From NCBI RefSeq assembly GCF_000150275.1, contig NW_002060947.1:8278043-8342042 (forward strand): a DNA stretch of 64,000 nt, written 5' to 3'. Under the pieces are notes generated by a model. The model did no database searches. It saw nothing but the letters and a program-made list of their open reading frames with translations, and was not told where the DNA came from. Position numbers and translations under genes: made by a program. The DNA is from Trichoplax adhaerens (lineage: Eukaryota; Animalia; Placozoa). Below are positions 13,301 to 25,889 of this stretch, piece after piece. Each line of letters begins with the position of its first letter. The stretch's first letter is position 1.

Positions 13301-16300
13301 AATTTTCCAGTTGATTTAGTTGCATATTTAGCTTCATAGCTGTCTAGAATAAGCCAATAAGCGCGCAATTTCTTCTTATAATCTCTATTAGGGATTCTGT
13401 AGGTATCTAAGTTACATTCATCAATAACCAATAGAAGATCACATGAAACATACCATCCTAATATTAACACAAATGCTTTTAATTTGAATATTTCATTAAG
13501 TAATAAATCAATGACGTACCTATCTGATTCAATAAATATCTTAAAATTATACTTTCGTTCGTTGCAATTTAGATTGCTGCTATATCTAGTAATGATAAAT
13601 TAAAAATTGAAGTAAGTGTCGTAATTCCCTGAAAGTTATCCAACATTCCATAGAAAGCTTACCATCTGTATTAATGTAAAGTAGATTTGAAATTGTTACT
13701 TCCGTATCGTCGTTGTTCTGCTATTTAGCTATTGCAATATTATATACTACGATATCAGAATTTATAACGGCAAGATGCCTTGATAATTATTGACTGGCTC
13801 GCACTTTTTCAAGAATCATTCATTTTACGATTAAAAGCTTTTTAACAATACCATCATCCCTTGTATAATTTTTTTCTTAATTATTTATTTTATTTAGAAA
13901 TTAATGAATGTTCCTCTAATCCTTGCTACACCGGGAAATGTATCGATCTTATAAATAACTACACTTGTCAGTGTCCCCAAGGAATGACTGGTCCCAATTG
14001 TGATACTGGTAGCTGCATTAATTGCTCAATTAATCTAAATAGTGGATCTAAACCTATAAAATTCACCTTACTATTTGTACGAGCATATCTTACTGTGATT
14101 AATTTTTATAGTCAATAAAGTCCGATTTATTAACTGTGATCTAATTTTGTTGCTCTACGCTACAATAAGCTATACTAGCTTTCAGCATGCACGTATGTAT
14201 ACTTGAAATACATATATAGATATATATATAATATATATATTTGTGATAAGAATACTTATGTATGGAATTTTCAGTAGAGATCTATTTTTTTGTAATTCCT
14301 ATATAATTCTACGTTATAGTAAGCATATAAGCTTACAGTATACACGAATGCATACTTGAATTATATTTATAAAACATGTAAATATAATCATATGTCAGCG
14401 GTATACTCATATGTGACTATTGTGAGCAGAGATCAATTTCTTTATCATAATTTCTTTTTTCTTTCAGATGTAAATGAATGCTTACAAAATAATGGTGGAT
14501 GCAGCCAATTTTGTCACAATACTTTTTCCAGTTATTCTTGTAGCTGTTCTAACGATTTTGAACTCCAAGCTGATAATCTTAACTGCTTCGGTACAAAGTT
14601 AATCTAAAAATACTGCTATTAGTATTAATAATTGATTAAAATTTATTTTATGTCCATAAAACCGCAGCTACTTGGTTACAAATTATTCATTGATACAATA
14701 TTGCTTTTCAAAAACAATAGGCCAAAGCATTTATACCTATCAAAACTGACATTCTTTCCTAATAAAAATACTACATATCATAATAAATGATTATTTTTAT
14801 TGTAGATCCTTGCTCCATCGGGCATATATCTTTTAATAATACATTTACTCAAGCAATTGATATTGCAACTTTGTCCAATATAAACCATCAGTGTCATCGT
14901 TATACGACCAACAATGAATATTCGCGATGGTATCAGGCTAATTTGCAAGATAACTGCAAACACTTAACCAAGTGGGTCAATAACACTCAACAACAAGGTA
15001 TTATAATTAAATACTGAAGCAAAGAGCTTCTAAATTATTCTAAAAGCAAAATTTTTGTTGATGATCAAATGCGATTATCTAGGAAGCTATGATATCTTAT
15101 TGAAATTTCACTTTAGTAGCGAATCATTATTGCTAATAATCCTTACATTCTTAGTCCAGAATGATATAGCAATAAAAAATCGTAGCCTATGCCTCCATTT
15201 TGGTCTTTCAACTTGCTTGAAAACGATGCCCATTAAGACAAAGTCTTGCGGCAATGGATCCATTGTTTATAAAGTAGATCGCTTTTCTGCATGCATTCTC
15301 AATCATTGCAGTCAAATCACCGATTATGGTATATTATTTATTAGCTTTTATAATAGATAGAATGTAATAGCTTGCACATGACCTGATCATCGATTAATTA
15401 TTAATAAATTAAATGCTTGCTACGCCTATTAAAGATTTTTGTAGCTCATCTCCTTGTCAGCATGGACAGTGCCAATCAACAGCAACTGGGTATGAGTGCA
15501 CTTGTTTTAATGGATATCATGGATTAAACTGCCAGTATGAAGGTAATCAGATTGTACTTAGTGTAAGTAAGACTTTGCAGTAGCAAACTTCTTCAACAGA
15601 GATAGCTTTTCACATAAAATGAGATATGAAAGCTACAAAGTCAATCATCAGTAAAAGTTTTATAGCCGTAAAACGGCTTAGGTATCTAAACAACGTTAAT
15701 TTTATCAATATCAGACACGAATCAAATAGAATTAGCAAAAGTGATTATAAAATGTACCAAAACTTTGAATGAAACAGTCCAGGCATAATATTTGTTATTC
15801 TCCGATAGGATTTTCTGTCTATCTTGAAATGGATATTTATTTAAGTCATGCATTGCTCTATTACACTTTGAATATTTTGTACTCAATAGTTTTAAGTTTA
15901 TATAATCAAAATCATTAATAATGACTTGGATAAACAGTCTATAAATACTTGTTTATAAGGGAAAGTCAACCATCTAATCAATAACAAAGTAATCGACAAA
16001 GCTAAGAATACCATACCAATTTCATTTTCGTCAAATTCCTATCTTGCAGTCGATATGACATAGCAAGAAATTATATCAGCTACCCAATCCTATAAGTAGT
16101 CTTCTGAAGGTTTTGATAGCCAATCAGATTTGAAAGTCATCACTTGATCTAATATAGTACAAGACTTTACATCATATTGAAATAGAAGGGCTTCCAACAT
16201 GATGGCAACTTTCGTTTTGCCACTCTGTGAGCATTTGGATTACTGTGGCGCATCCTTGAACTTTTATTTCATTAATTTCGATTATCATAGTCAGTATAGA

Positions 16301-17439
16301 AATGATATGGTGAATTTTTTATGTCGCTAAATGATATCATTGACTGGTGCTTTTTCGCTTTAGATCCGTGTTTATTCAATCCTTGTCTTCGTGGAGAGTG
16401 TTTAGTCACTAGCAATAGCAGTTATAGTTGTCGATGTTTTCCTTTCTATACTGGAAATCATTGCCAAACAGAACTGATAGAAAAGGCTGGTACGATAATA
16501 TCAATAAATATTTCTCCTTATTTTATTCATTTAAGACAGTATTGATTATAAATTGCTGATGAACATAAGCAATCGCAAATTTTCATCATATCCGAATACT
16601 GCATCTTCTTTATTAATTAATAATTTTTTGACTTGATAAAATGAAATACTAAGAAGTTACTAATCAAAGTCTATATTATTTGATCAGTATATTGTCGAAC
16701 CAGACCTAATTCTTGCCTTGAGCTTGCTAAACAAGTACAAAATAAGAAATTAATTAATCAATACTACGACATCTATGATACTAATACTTGCGATCATCAG
16801 CAACCGAAAAAATGGCGTGTGTACTGTGACTTTAACTCGCAGCCAGGCTATGCTTGGACATTAATAGAATCATTTTCTCTAGCAAATTCTCGTCATTCAA
16901 AAATTAATCGCGCTTTTACATATAATTCTCCGATCAATCATCAACGATCGCAGGTTAAATGGTCCTTGTATCGCATCGGCCGCCCTGAGATGTTGCATAT
17001 ATTCAATCGAAATCGAGATTCAAGCAGCGGAGCTTTATGGCGCGCAACATGTAATTTTAATTCTCTTTCCCTTCCTCTTCCTGCTAATCCTGTCGATTAT
17101 ATGCAAGGCTCCTTTTATAGAAAAGGAGGATTCGATTTCTTGACCAATATTGAAGGATTCGATATCTTACAGTACAGGCGCGATGGGGATTGTCGAAATG
17201 TTGATTACTTGAATATTCGCGGCAATTCTTACAGAGGCAAAAGATTTCAATTTTGGGCTAGCGGCAGCTACCATTTAGTGATCGATTCTTTTCGTACAAG
17301 ATGTGATGGGATAACTATTCCAAGATCTGTAAAGAATGAGCATAATTTCGGCCTTTATGCTGGTCGTAATACTCAATTTACATGCAGCTCCGACTCCTCT
17401 AGTATCACAAGTTGGTGGATAGGAGCAAAAGTCAAGTAA
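7365..17439 (+). CDS. Secreted mosaic protein, ~1226 aa: signal peptide, 4x uromodulin/GP2/OIT3-type D8C domain, 12x EGF/cbEGF, C-terminal divergent fibrinogen-related (FReD-like) domain
   Basis: 23 exons in frame (3681 nt): 7365-7394, 7675-7711 (signal peptide); 8258-8470 + 8670-8834 (D8C-1); 9110-9217, 9333-9440, 9678-9788, 9970-10089 (EGF); 10470-10682 + 10881-11039 (D8C-2); 11319-11423, 11583-11693, 11895-12014 (EGF); 12410-12625 + 12865-13035 (D8C-3); 13150-13257, 13898-14008, 14468-14590 (EGF); 14806-14997 + 15155-15328 (degenerate D8C-4); 15435-15542, 16364-16489 (EGF); 16688-17439 (last exon). D8C motifs: DPC..Y..L.D..R...WYRF...C....PGW..G.HP and GIV.RT.CF....CC.....VKNC....Y.L......RYC. 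cbEGF motif: DINEC. Last exon: SCLEL...YYDIY...VYCDF...AWTLI. The first two exons are less certain than the rest. Confidence 0.88.
11772..11790. repeat. (AT)n microsatellite in an intron
   Basis: Run ATATATATATATATATATA read directly. Confidence 0.8.
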
Positions 17440-19728
17440 TACTGTAGTAGTTGGTTAATATTTTCTTCACTAATTTATATTATTCTTAGCGACCAATCAT
17501 CTTAATTAATAGATAATATGGAGAAATTGCACATCTCATTTAATGATGGACACTGATGGAATAAAAGGTAAAAGTTAATGCCTATAGTCGTAAATAATCT
17601 CATCTAAAATATCATATGGCCCCTACTCTTAAAAGGAAGAATTCTATTAATTATTCTTTCTTCAGCAAAAGAACAGATAGTCGTTCTTTTAAAATAGCAA
17701 TCAACACTAGTAATCTTAATCAACTTCCAATAGCCGATTGTAAGGTAATAAATAATCAAATTGAAATCGAGATAATAACAGTTTAATTTGATTAATTAAG
17801 CTTTTAATCTATTGCTTACGAATTATCAAAGTATTTTGGAATTGATTCAATATTGATTGATCGTATGATGATTAATTAATCTGCAGAAAATAACGTGCAA
17901 TGTGCAATGATATCATATAATAAAGTGCTGTTTTTTTCAAATGTCTTAAATAACTATTGGTACTATCAGTAGGTTTGATCAGAATCATATTGCACTTCAC
18001 TGAGTTACTTATTATCCTTTAACAACAGTAAAATGACAAAATCTTGATATAATTTCTTTTTGATACATTTAATAAAAATCATTTGATCATTTAAATGAAT
18101 ATTATGATTTATTAATTTCTTCTGATAATACAGTATATGCCTTGTAATAAATCATTGCAAATAAAGGCATGTAATAAAATAAGAATTTGCTATGGTGTAG
18201 CATCTGTTATAATGCAATTCTTACAGTTACGATTAATGAACAATTCCTATTAATCACTATCGTCACCAGCATCATTTCCGTATCTTGCAGAATAATTTCC
18301 GTCTGTTGCTGCAAAAAAGCACATAATCAAGAGTGTATAACGTATTCGATACACTATGATTTGAAATTCCATCGGCTTGATGTTTAATTTTATCATTACA
18401 ATGGCAAATTTTATCCCAATAGCTCCATAATCAGGCATATCGTAGCATTCATATTCGCAGCACCACCATTACTACTGACTAGAATTGTAAGTCGATTTTT
18501 TAAGGGTCTGCAATAAATCAGTCTAACTGGATTTAGAACCCGAACTAAGCTTTATTACAATAAAAAACAACCGTAACTGTATTTATAACAAACTACGAAC
18601 AAGAAGAACTCTCGATCTACTCATTGCATGCGCTCATAAATCCTAGCGTACGACTTATTTAGCAATAGTGGTAACATTATAACGCTTCCACACGTTAAGT
18701 ACGGGCTTTAAACTACCATATTTTGCCGGGGCACGAGCAACTAATCGCATTAAACTACGCAAGTATTATAGCCTAAGGTAGTGCATATTAGTAATTATAT
18801 ACTTAATTAAGAATTTAATGCAGTACTAAACTCTTGGTACTGCATAAGTATATCTACCAGTCGCCTTAACTGTATTAACTATATTCAATAACACTACTTA
18901 AAGAAGTCTACTGCGATCTGGAAATTATGACGAGTGAATTAAGATTGGGAATCAAAATCACAAAATAAGTAACCAACATCGACTTATTGACCATAGTAAA
19001 TGATTTTAACAGATAAATTGAGATCAATCTAACCAATTGTATAGAACTTCTGTATACATTTATGTCACGGTATTAAAGACTGCCGTTAACTGTTCTAAGT
19101 CAACTATACGGTGTTGACTATTTTGTATCACTTAAGGGATTTGCTCGATTTTAACAACTCAGAATTTTGAGTTGACAGACTACGAACCTAGTGCCAACAA
19201 CCCGTACACTACAGCAAGCACTACAAATTGGTGGACAGGAACCAAAGTTAATTAATGCAATCGTTATTGGTTGATCTAGTCGCCCGGAGTTAAAGAAAAT
19301 GAAATAGCAATTTTCGGGAAATTATTTTAAATAATTAAAGTCTTCAATTTTAATTAAAAGAAATTAAATCTAACCAGGTATGATATAATCGAACTATTGC
19401 ATCTTTCTTTATCAATTTTTAAACTTTAATCGATGAATATTTATCAAAATTGCAATTTACGAATGAAACATCTAAAGTAATCGTTGTAACGTAAGTGCTA
19501 GTGGCGCATACTTTTTGAATTATTATACAACGTAATAGTTGATTCGGGTATATGGTGCTGTTATTACACGCCATCGAATGCGCATAAATTGAATTAGTGC
19601 ATTGATAAAATCATAGCAGGATGTTTATTGTGCGGTAGTATATTTACATAGCTTTAATGTGGAAAAAGAATAAATCTTACACTCTAGCTTACAAGTTAAG
19701 TTATTCTCGTACAGTCTTATAATAGTAA

Positions 19729-22700
19729 TCTAAGCTATATTTGGGGCTGCACTACATAAGGTATGGAAGATTATATCTAGACAAGACAGAGGCGTATAAT
19801 AATGCATTGGCCTTAGCTTCTATAGGTTGCAATGAAGTTTGCATATCTGAGTTTAATTCTACTTTTAAGGTATACGGAAAATTACATCATAAGATCGGAT
19901 CGCTTATTCCGTTAACCGGCCAAGCGCCAAAGTTCGCTTAGTTATTCTTCTATAATAGTGATAATGAATTGCAAAATAGATTACAACATATCAATAGTGT
20001 TGATGAGAATATATTAAGAAAATTGCGAGATATGCTACATACCGTAAATAGCTATATACATTATACAGTCCTTAAAATGTGCTATTGAAGTTATAAGCGA
20101 AGAAGTAGATATGTCGATAGTCTTGCATGCTGATAAACGTTTACGACCAAATGAAGAGCATTCTGGCGTTATGTTCTACCATCTAGATCTGAAGTTGTGG
20201 TTATAATTCCAGGTGAAACCACAGGCAACTTAGACGTAATACTACGTGGTAGAAATAGTTCACTGCAAAGAATTCAACCCGTACATAGATCATACAATGC
20301 TCTGCATTATCTTTTGCTGTTTCCATTAGGTAATGATAAGTGGAAACTTGGTCTCACCAAAGCCGATCGTCGAACATTGACAGCACCTGATTTTTATAAA
20401 TACCGCCTTCAAATTCAATCAAGTAATTTCAACATTATTTTAAAAAGTATGCAGGTAATGCAACAATACGTAGTTGATCAACGGGCAAAGATTGAATCCA
20501 GCCGCTTAGACTGGGTAAAAAAAAATCATCGAACAATTAGAGCAGAGAAATATTGTGGTTTATACGATGCTGTTAGACAAAATGACGCCGTCAACGCAGG
20601 AAAAAATGGAATTTTACCAATAAGCATTTACGGCAGTCCGAGGTTTTATTCTGAAGCCTTTACAAATACAATGACTATCGTTCGATACCTTGGAAAGCCG
20701 GATTATTTTATAACCTTTGCGACAAATCCTAACTGGAAGAAAATTACTGAATCTCTATTTCTAGGCAATAAGCTTATAATCGGCCAGACTTGTGCTGTCG
20801 TGTTTTTAAAATGAAATTAGATTCTCTTACAGATGATATTTTGAAAAAATGTATCAGGCAAAGTAGTGGCGCGTGTATCAACGATAGAATGGCAAAAGAC
20901 AGGATTAATTCATTGCCGTATCCTTTGATTATGGATACGGAGGGTAAACCTCATACTCCCGAAGTCATTATTTGATGCAGCATATCCAAATTATCATACT
21001 TTAACGCTAAAATATAAATATAATCGATTTATTCTATTTCCAACCATAAACATCATTATAGATAATAGATAAAGTTGTTTCAGCTGAGATTTCTGATGAA
21101 ATCACTAATCCAGACCTATACAATATCGTAACCTGTCATAATATTCATGGACCTTTCGGAGAGTTCAATCCAAGCAGCAACTGCATGACTGTGATAAATG
21201 ATGCTATGAGACACAACAAAGGATTTCCTAATAAGTTACGTAGCCTTATGATTATACAAGAAAACTCCTAACCAGAATATCGGCGTAGATCGCCCGAAAA
21301 TGGCGGTAGAATTCATAAAAAAGGTGATAAATGAATGAAAAACCGTTTTCGGTAATTCTTATGTGGTAGCATATAAATAATCCTTTTCTCTCAATTCGTT
21401 ATCAAGCTCATATTAATGTTGAAGTGTTGTATTCTATACAGGCCGCGAAATACTTATATTGGTATATTCTAAAGGTCCATGATAAAACTGCCATGACTAT
21501 TGAATGCGACAACGTTAACGCTATTATCGGAAATAGCGAAATTCAAAATTACGTAAATGCCAGGTACATGTCTGCAAGTGAGGCATTTTGGAAACATATA
21601 GATTTGAAATACTCAAAAACTACCCTCCTGTGGAAAAATTACCTTGCCATCTACAGAACCAACAAATAGTTTTTTGCAAGAAGAAAATGCTCAAGAAACT
21701 GCTCTGCGAGGTCCACCAGTTACAAAATCGGCCGAGTATATGACTATCTGTATATGCCGAGATATTGCAACCAAACAGATTTTGTAGCCTGATTTTCCGA
21801 GATATTTTACATGGAATCAACAGCGAAAGAAAAGGCAAAGGCGAAAACGAGGAAGGGTAAGTAATATCTATTTCTTATATATCGCTATAATATTATACAG
21901 TACTATTGACTTTCTTAATTCAAATATGATATGTGAATATAAACTTTGTTACAGGAAATAGATTCGGAATCGGGATAAATTAAAGATTTACGAGTACCTG
22001 ATGTATTAGGAAGAATACCGACCACGTCAAAGTGAACAATATTTCCTAAGAATGTTGCTGCACCATAAATGGGGAGCAGTTTCCTTTGAAGATCTAAGAA
22101 TAATCAATGGACAGCTTACGTTTCAAGATGTATGCAAGAGATTAGGGCTAGTGGAAGATGATAGCGAAATAGACGCAGTAATGGAAGAAGCTAAAAAAAT
22201 CCGCTTTGGAAATCAACTAAGAGATATATTCGCCACCATCTTAATTTATTACAGGCAAGCTGATCCAATCCAGTTTTGTGGAAAACGCAAAACGAACTTT
22301 GAGGCGATCATATGAATCAATGTAACATGACTGAGCCATCAGAAACTATAATAAATCAAGTACTTATTTACACCCAGAATAGGCTGCAACGTTAAGGCTT
22401 AGATCTTGCCGATGATTTTCACTTGCCTAGGCCAATTAATCGTAGAACGACATGTAATCTATTGAATGAAGAGACATGTTTTGGCGTATCCTAACTACAA
22501 AATTGCGTAACTGAGCAATATCGAACTCTAAATCCTCAACAACGATAGGTCCAGTATATCTCTTCATATCAATAATATACTATATAATACTGTATATATC
22601 ACCTAAAATTCTAATATCTTCATAATAATTTTTAACCGAAATAGGTTTTTGATAATGTTATAGATTCTATTAATCAACAAGATGGTTGAATATTCACTTT

Positions 22701-24337
22701 GAATGCCCTGATGGCGCAGGGAAAACGTATGTTGTAAATTTAATATTATCCGCAGTACGGACAAATAATCAAATTGCATTAGCTTCGGCTATAAATGGCA
22801 TCGAAGCTACATTATTGGAGAATGGACGAATGCTACATAGCTTATGTAAAGTACCTGTTAATATTACTAAAAACTCAATCTGTAATGTATCTAGGAGGGA
22901 CCAACATGCTGAATTATTTCGATGTGCCAAGATATTGATTATTGATGAAATAAGAATGGGGCATCGATATATTTTTGAATGTGTACATAGAATGCTGTAA
23001 GATGTTCAACAAGATAGTCGACTCTTTGGTTGTATTACCGTTTTATTAGTTGGTGACTGGCGACAAATTTTACCTTTTGCACGCCATTACTCAAGAATAG
23101 AAACTGCGAAGCATGCCTTAAGAACTTATATACTGTACTGTATATAGGATAACGTACATCCACTAAATTGATCGATAAATAAGATAACTGCAATTTCAGA
23201 TACTGATGATCAAGATTATGTAAGATATTTATTAAATATTGGAAACGGGACCGCACCATATCATACGAGCTTACAACAATATAAAGATTCTATTTCCAAC
23301 CATCTGACCATAAACTCTAATTGTATAAATGATCTACTTGATTTCGTATTCGATAATTTATCTGATAACTTTCAAAATACAGCTTAGCTATGTTAAAGTG
23401 CTATTATTTGCCCCATGTATTCTACTGTCGATAAAATTAACAACATCATGCTCAGTAAATTTCCTGGCGAAGTTCGTGAATATAGAAGTTGTTATAAAAT
23501 TCTTGAACACGAATATGATTCTCCACTAGAGTTCATTAATCGATTAAATCCATCAGGATTGCCGCTCCATAACTTACTGTTTAAAAAAGGCTGCTGTATA
23601 ATTGTTTTAAGAAATTTAGACATGAAAAATGGCCATACAAATAGCTGTAGATATGTAATTAAAGAATTGTATGATAACATTATCGACGCAGTCATTGCTA
23701 CAGGCATTAATGCAGGAAAGCAAATATTTATACTACGTTTTAATTCAATTCCAACTGATGCTATTTATCCATTTCATATGTAAAGAAAAAGTTTCCAGTT
23801 CCGGGCTGCATTTGCTATAGCAGCTAATAAATCTCAAGGCCAGATATTAGATAGGATTGGACTGTATCTTGACAGATCAATGTTTACTCATGGTCAATTA
23901 TATGTAGCACTTAGTCGCAGACGCAGTACCAGTATTATTAAAATGCTAACCAAAAACGCGCATTTATCCGATGGTAATACGCAATTTACTGATAATATAG
24001 TATATCCTGAAATTTTGTAAATAAATGCACTTATTAACATAGCATTATCCTATACATATAATATCTACATAGTTGATGTGAGATGATTTTATTGTAAATT
24101 ATCAACGTAAGGCTTGAAATTATATCAATCGTAAATGTAAATTTAAATTAAATTAGGTTATTTTCATGATACCTTTAGTTTTGCGCATGATTTAAATCAT
24201 TAAACAGTGCTATATACAGTACAATACATGCAAATTACAAGGTAAAAATCCAAGAATAGTAGCTGACAAACACGACATTGTCAATATTTTATTATATTTT
24301 CTTCCCTCCGTTCACATGAAAGGGTATTTTTTACTAG
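19729..24337 (+). mobile_element. Decayed Helitron (rolling-circle transposon), probably internally deleted near its 5' end
   Basis: Rep-helicase remnants run throughout. The 3' end is a hairpin CCCT..TTCA-CA-TGAA-AGGG (24304-24324), a short spacer, then CTAG (24334-24337) followed by T, the canonical Helitron terminus. The candidate 5' end A|TCTAAGCTATAT at 19729 is less certain. Confidence 0.9.
19770..24020 (+). pseudogene. Helitron Rep (HUH endonuclease)-Pif1 helicase coding region, disrupted by many stops and frameshifts, with 3 apparent introns
   Basis: Rep-side motifs: YNNALALASIG...FKVYGKLHHKIGSL, GKPDYFITFATNPNW, TIEWQKTGLIHCRI (decayed HUH), AAKYLYWYILK, YVNARYMSASEAFW. Pif1 motifs: GAGKTY, IIDE, GDWRQILP, LNPSGLPLH.L.FK.G..I.VLRNLD, AFA..ANKSQGQ, HGQLYVALSR, ending IVYPEIL* at 24020. 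Apparent introns at 20964-21061, 21857-21954 and 22549-22644. Confidence 0.9.
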
Positions 24338-25889
24338 TACCATCAACTACGACAGGCAATCTTGATTGACAAATTGAGAAATCGAAAATTCATTCGATGG
24401 CTAGGAATTTCTATAGTAAATACCGTAGAGTTAGCTAAAAAACAGGAACTGATGTCTGTATGCAGTAAAGCTGTTAGATAAACTATCGTTACCAATATTT
24501 TATGTAGAAATAAATTGGATATAACTTAAAAATGCCAAAATCTATGGCTGTTGATCATAATAGATATATATAAGTCATATTTGTGATACTTCAAGTATGT
24601 TGATTTCAGCATCGTAGAATATAATACTAATCATAGAATTTTATTCTCGTAACAAGTTCCGTTAATGTTAAGCGAAGCTGTTTCCAATTGTAATGTTGTA
24701 AATAAGCTAGATAAAGTATTTAAGTATCCACGCTTTTCTGTTACTGTTGTTCTCAGTCCTTCTTTTCTAAGATCTGCTATTGTAAGAAGTTTTCCTTGTC
24801 TTTCAGAATTTGTTGCACTATACATAGTATCTCAATCAGTAGAGAATCAGGAATAAAATCTGCTGTAAAAAAATTACTTGTGGGATCTACACTCTAATTA
24901 TAGCGAGTAAGACAGGTTTTGTTACACTGTAGTAGCCATTCAGAGTAGTATACAATCACTCTTCATAGTGTACAATCAATTTCAGTTCAAGATATCGATG
25001 ATTCTGACTACTTATAAACTTTCAATCGGTTAACGAAGTAAAATATTTCCAAACTAATTTCGTATTAAGAACTGATGGAATGACAACGTTCTGTAAGGCA
25101 GCAATGTTTGAAATCTATAATCACTAAAATCATCATAGATATCATAATTTGCTGCATCATGTAATATCGATATTATATAAAAGATTTTGCGCGTGTGTGC
25201 ACATTATAGTATATACTTTGCCACTCTGCAAAGCATATCTACAGGATAACCAGAATGCAGAGTTAAGGCTTATTTTATCGATATTTATAAATTATAGCCA
25301 TGAATGCTCTGTACTACAGCGACTTCTACAAATGCTTTCTATGCTCAGGTATAACCACCATCTGCAGTCAATACAGGCAGCACAAACGTTTCTTGTTCCT
25401 ATAGCTTCTTCACCAGCTAAACCTGATAATACGGTAACACTGTATGAAAATCCGGCAAGACACAAGCCTCCTTACGTTAGCGTTATACCATGCAAGCTCC
25501 GAAGTTATACCTCCAGATCTGATCGCACATCATAAGTCTCCATCAAATTCAGGACGTAACTACCTTGGCGCAAGTCTTAATTTGTAAATGAGAATAAATA
25601 TGTATGCAGTCGTTCACTATAATAACTAGATATTATTCTATAAAGATTTTCTAGAATTAAGATTACACGTTACAAATATTCATATGCGCTAGGATATGTT
25701 ATAATAATTATGTTCTTATCCAATCTTGTTTATTCATTTCGTTTCCTTCATGTTACGTTTCAGTCGCATGCATGATAGTACACTATTCCGTCAAAAGGAA
25801 ATAAATTGAGGGAATCCAATAGCTTAACAGAATAGACATGTTGTCTCATTACAATAACACTAAGAGAGTCCTCGTAACTTTGTAGAAAA

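Noticed and set aside
18187-18480. Short overlapping ORFs on both strands
   Set aside because: No recognisable motif or exon chain.
24400-25600. Possible minus-strand exon remnants (acceptor-like TTTTTTACAG at ~24864, ORF 24631-24825) and plus-strand ORF 25149-25535
   Set aside because: Stops occur in the extended frames and there is no recognisable domain; a very old pseudogene cannot be excluded but is unsupported.
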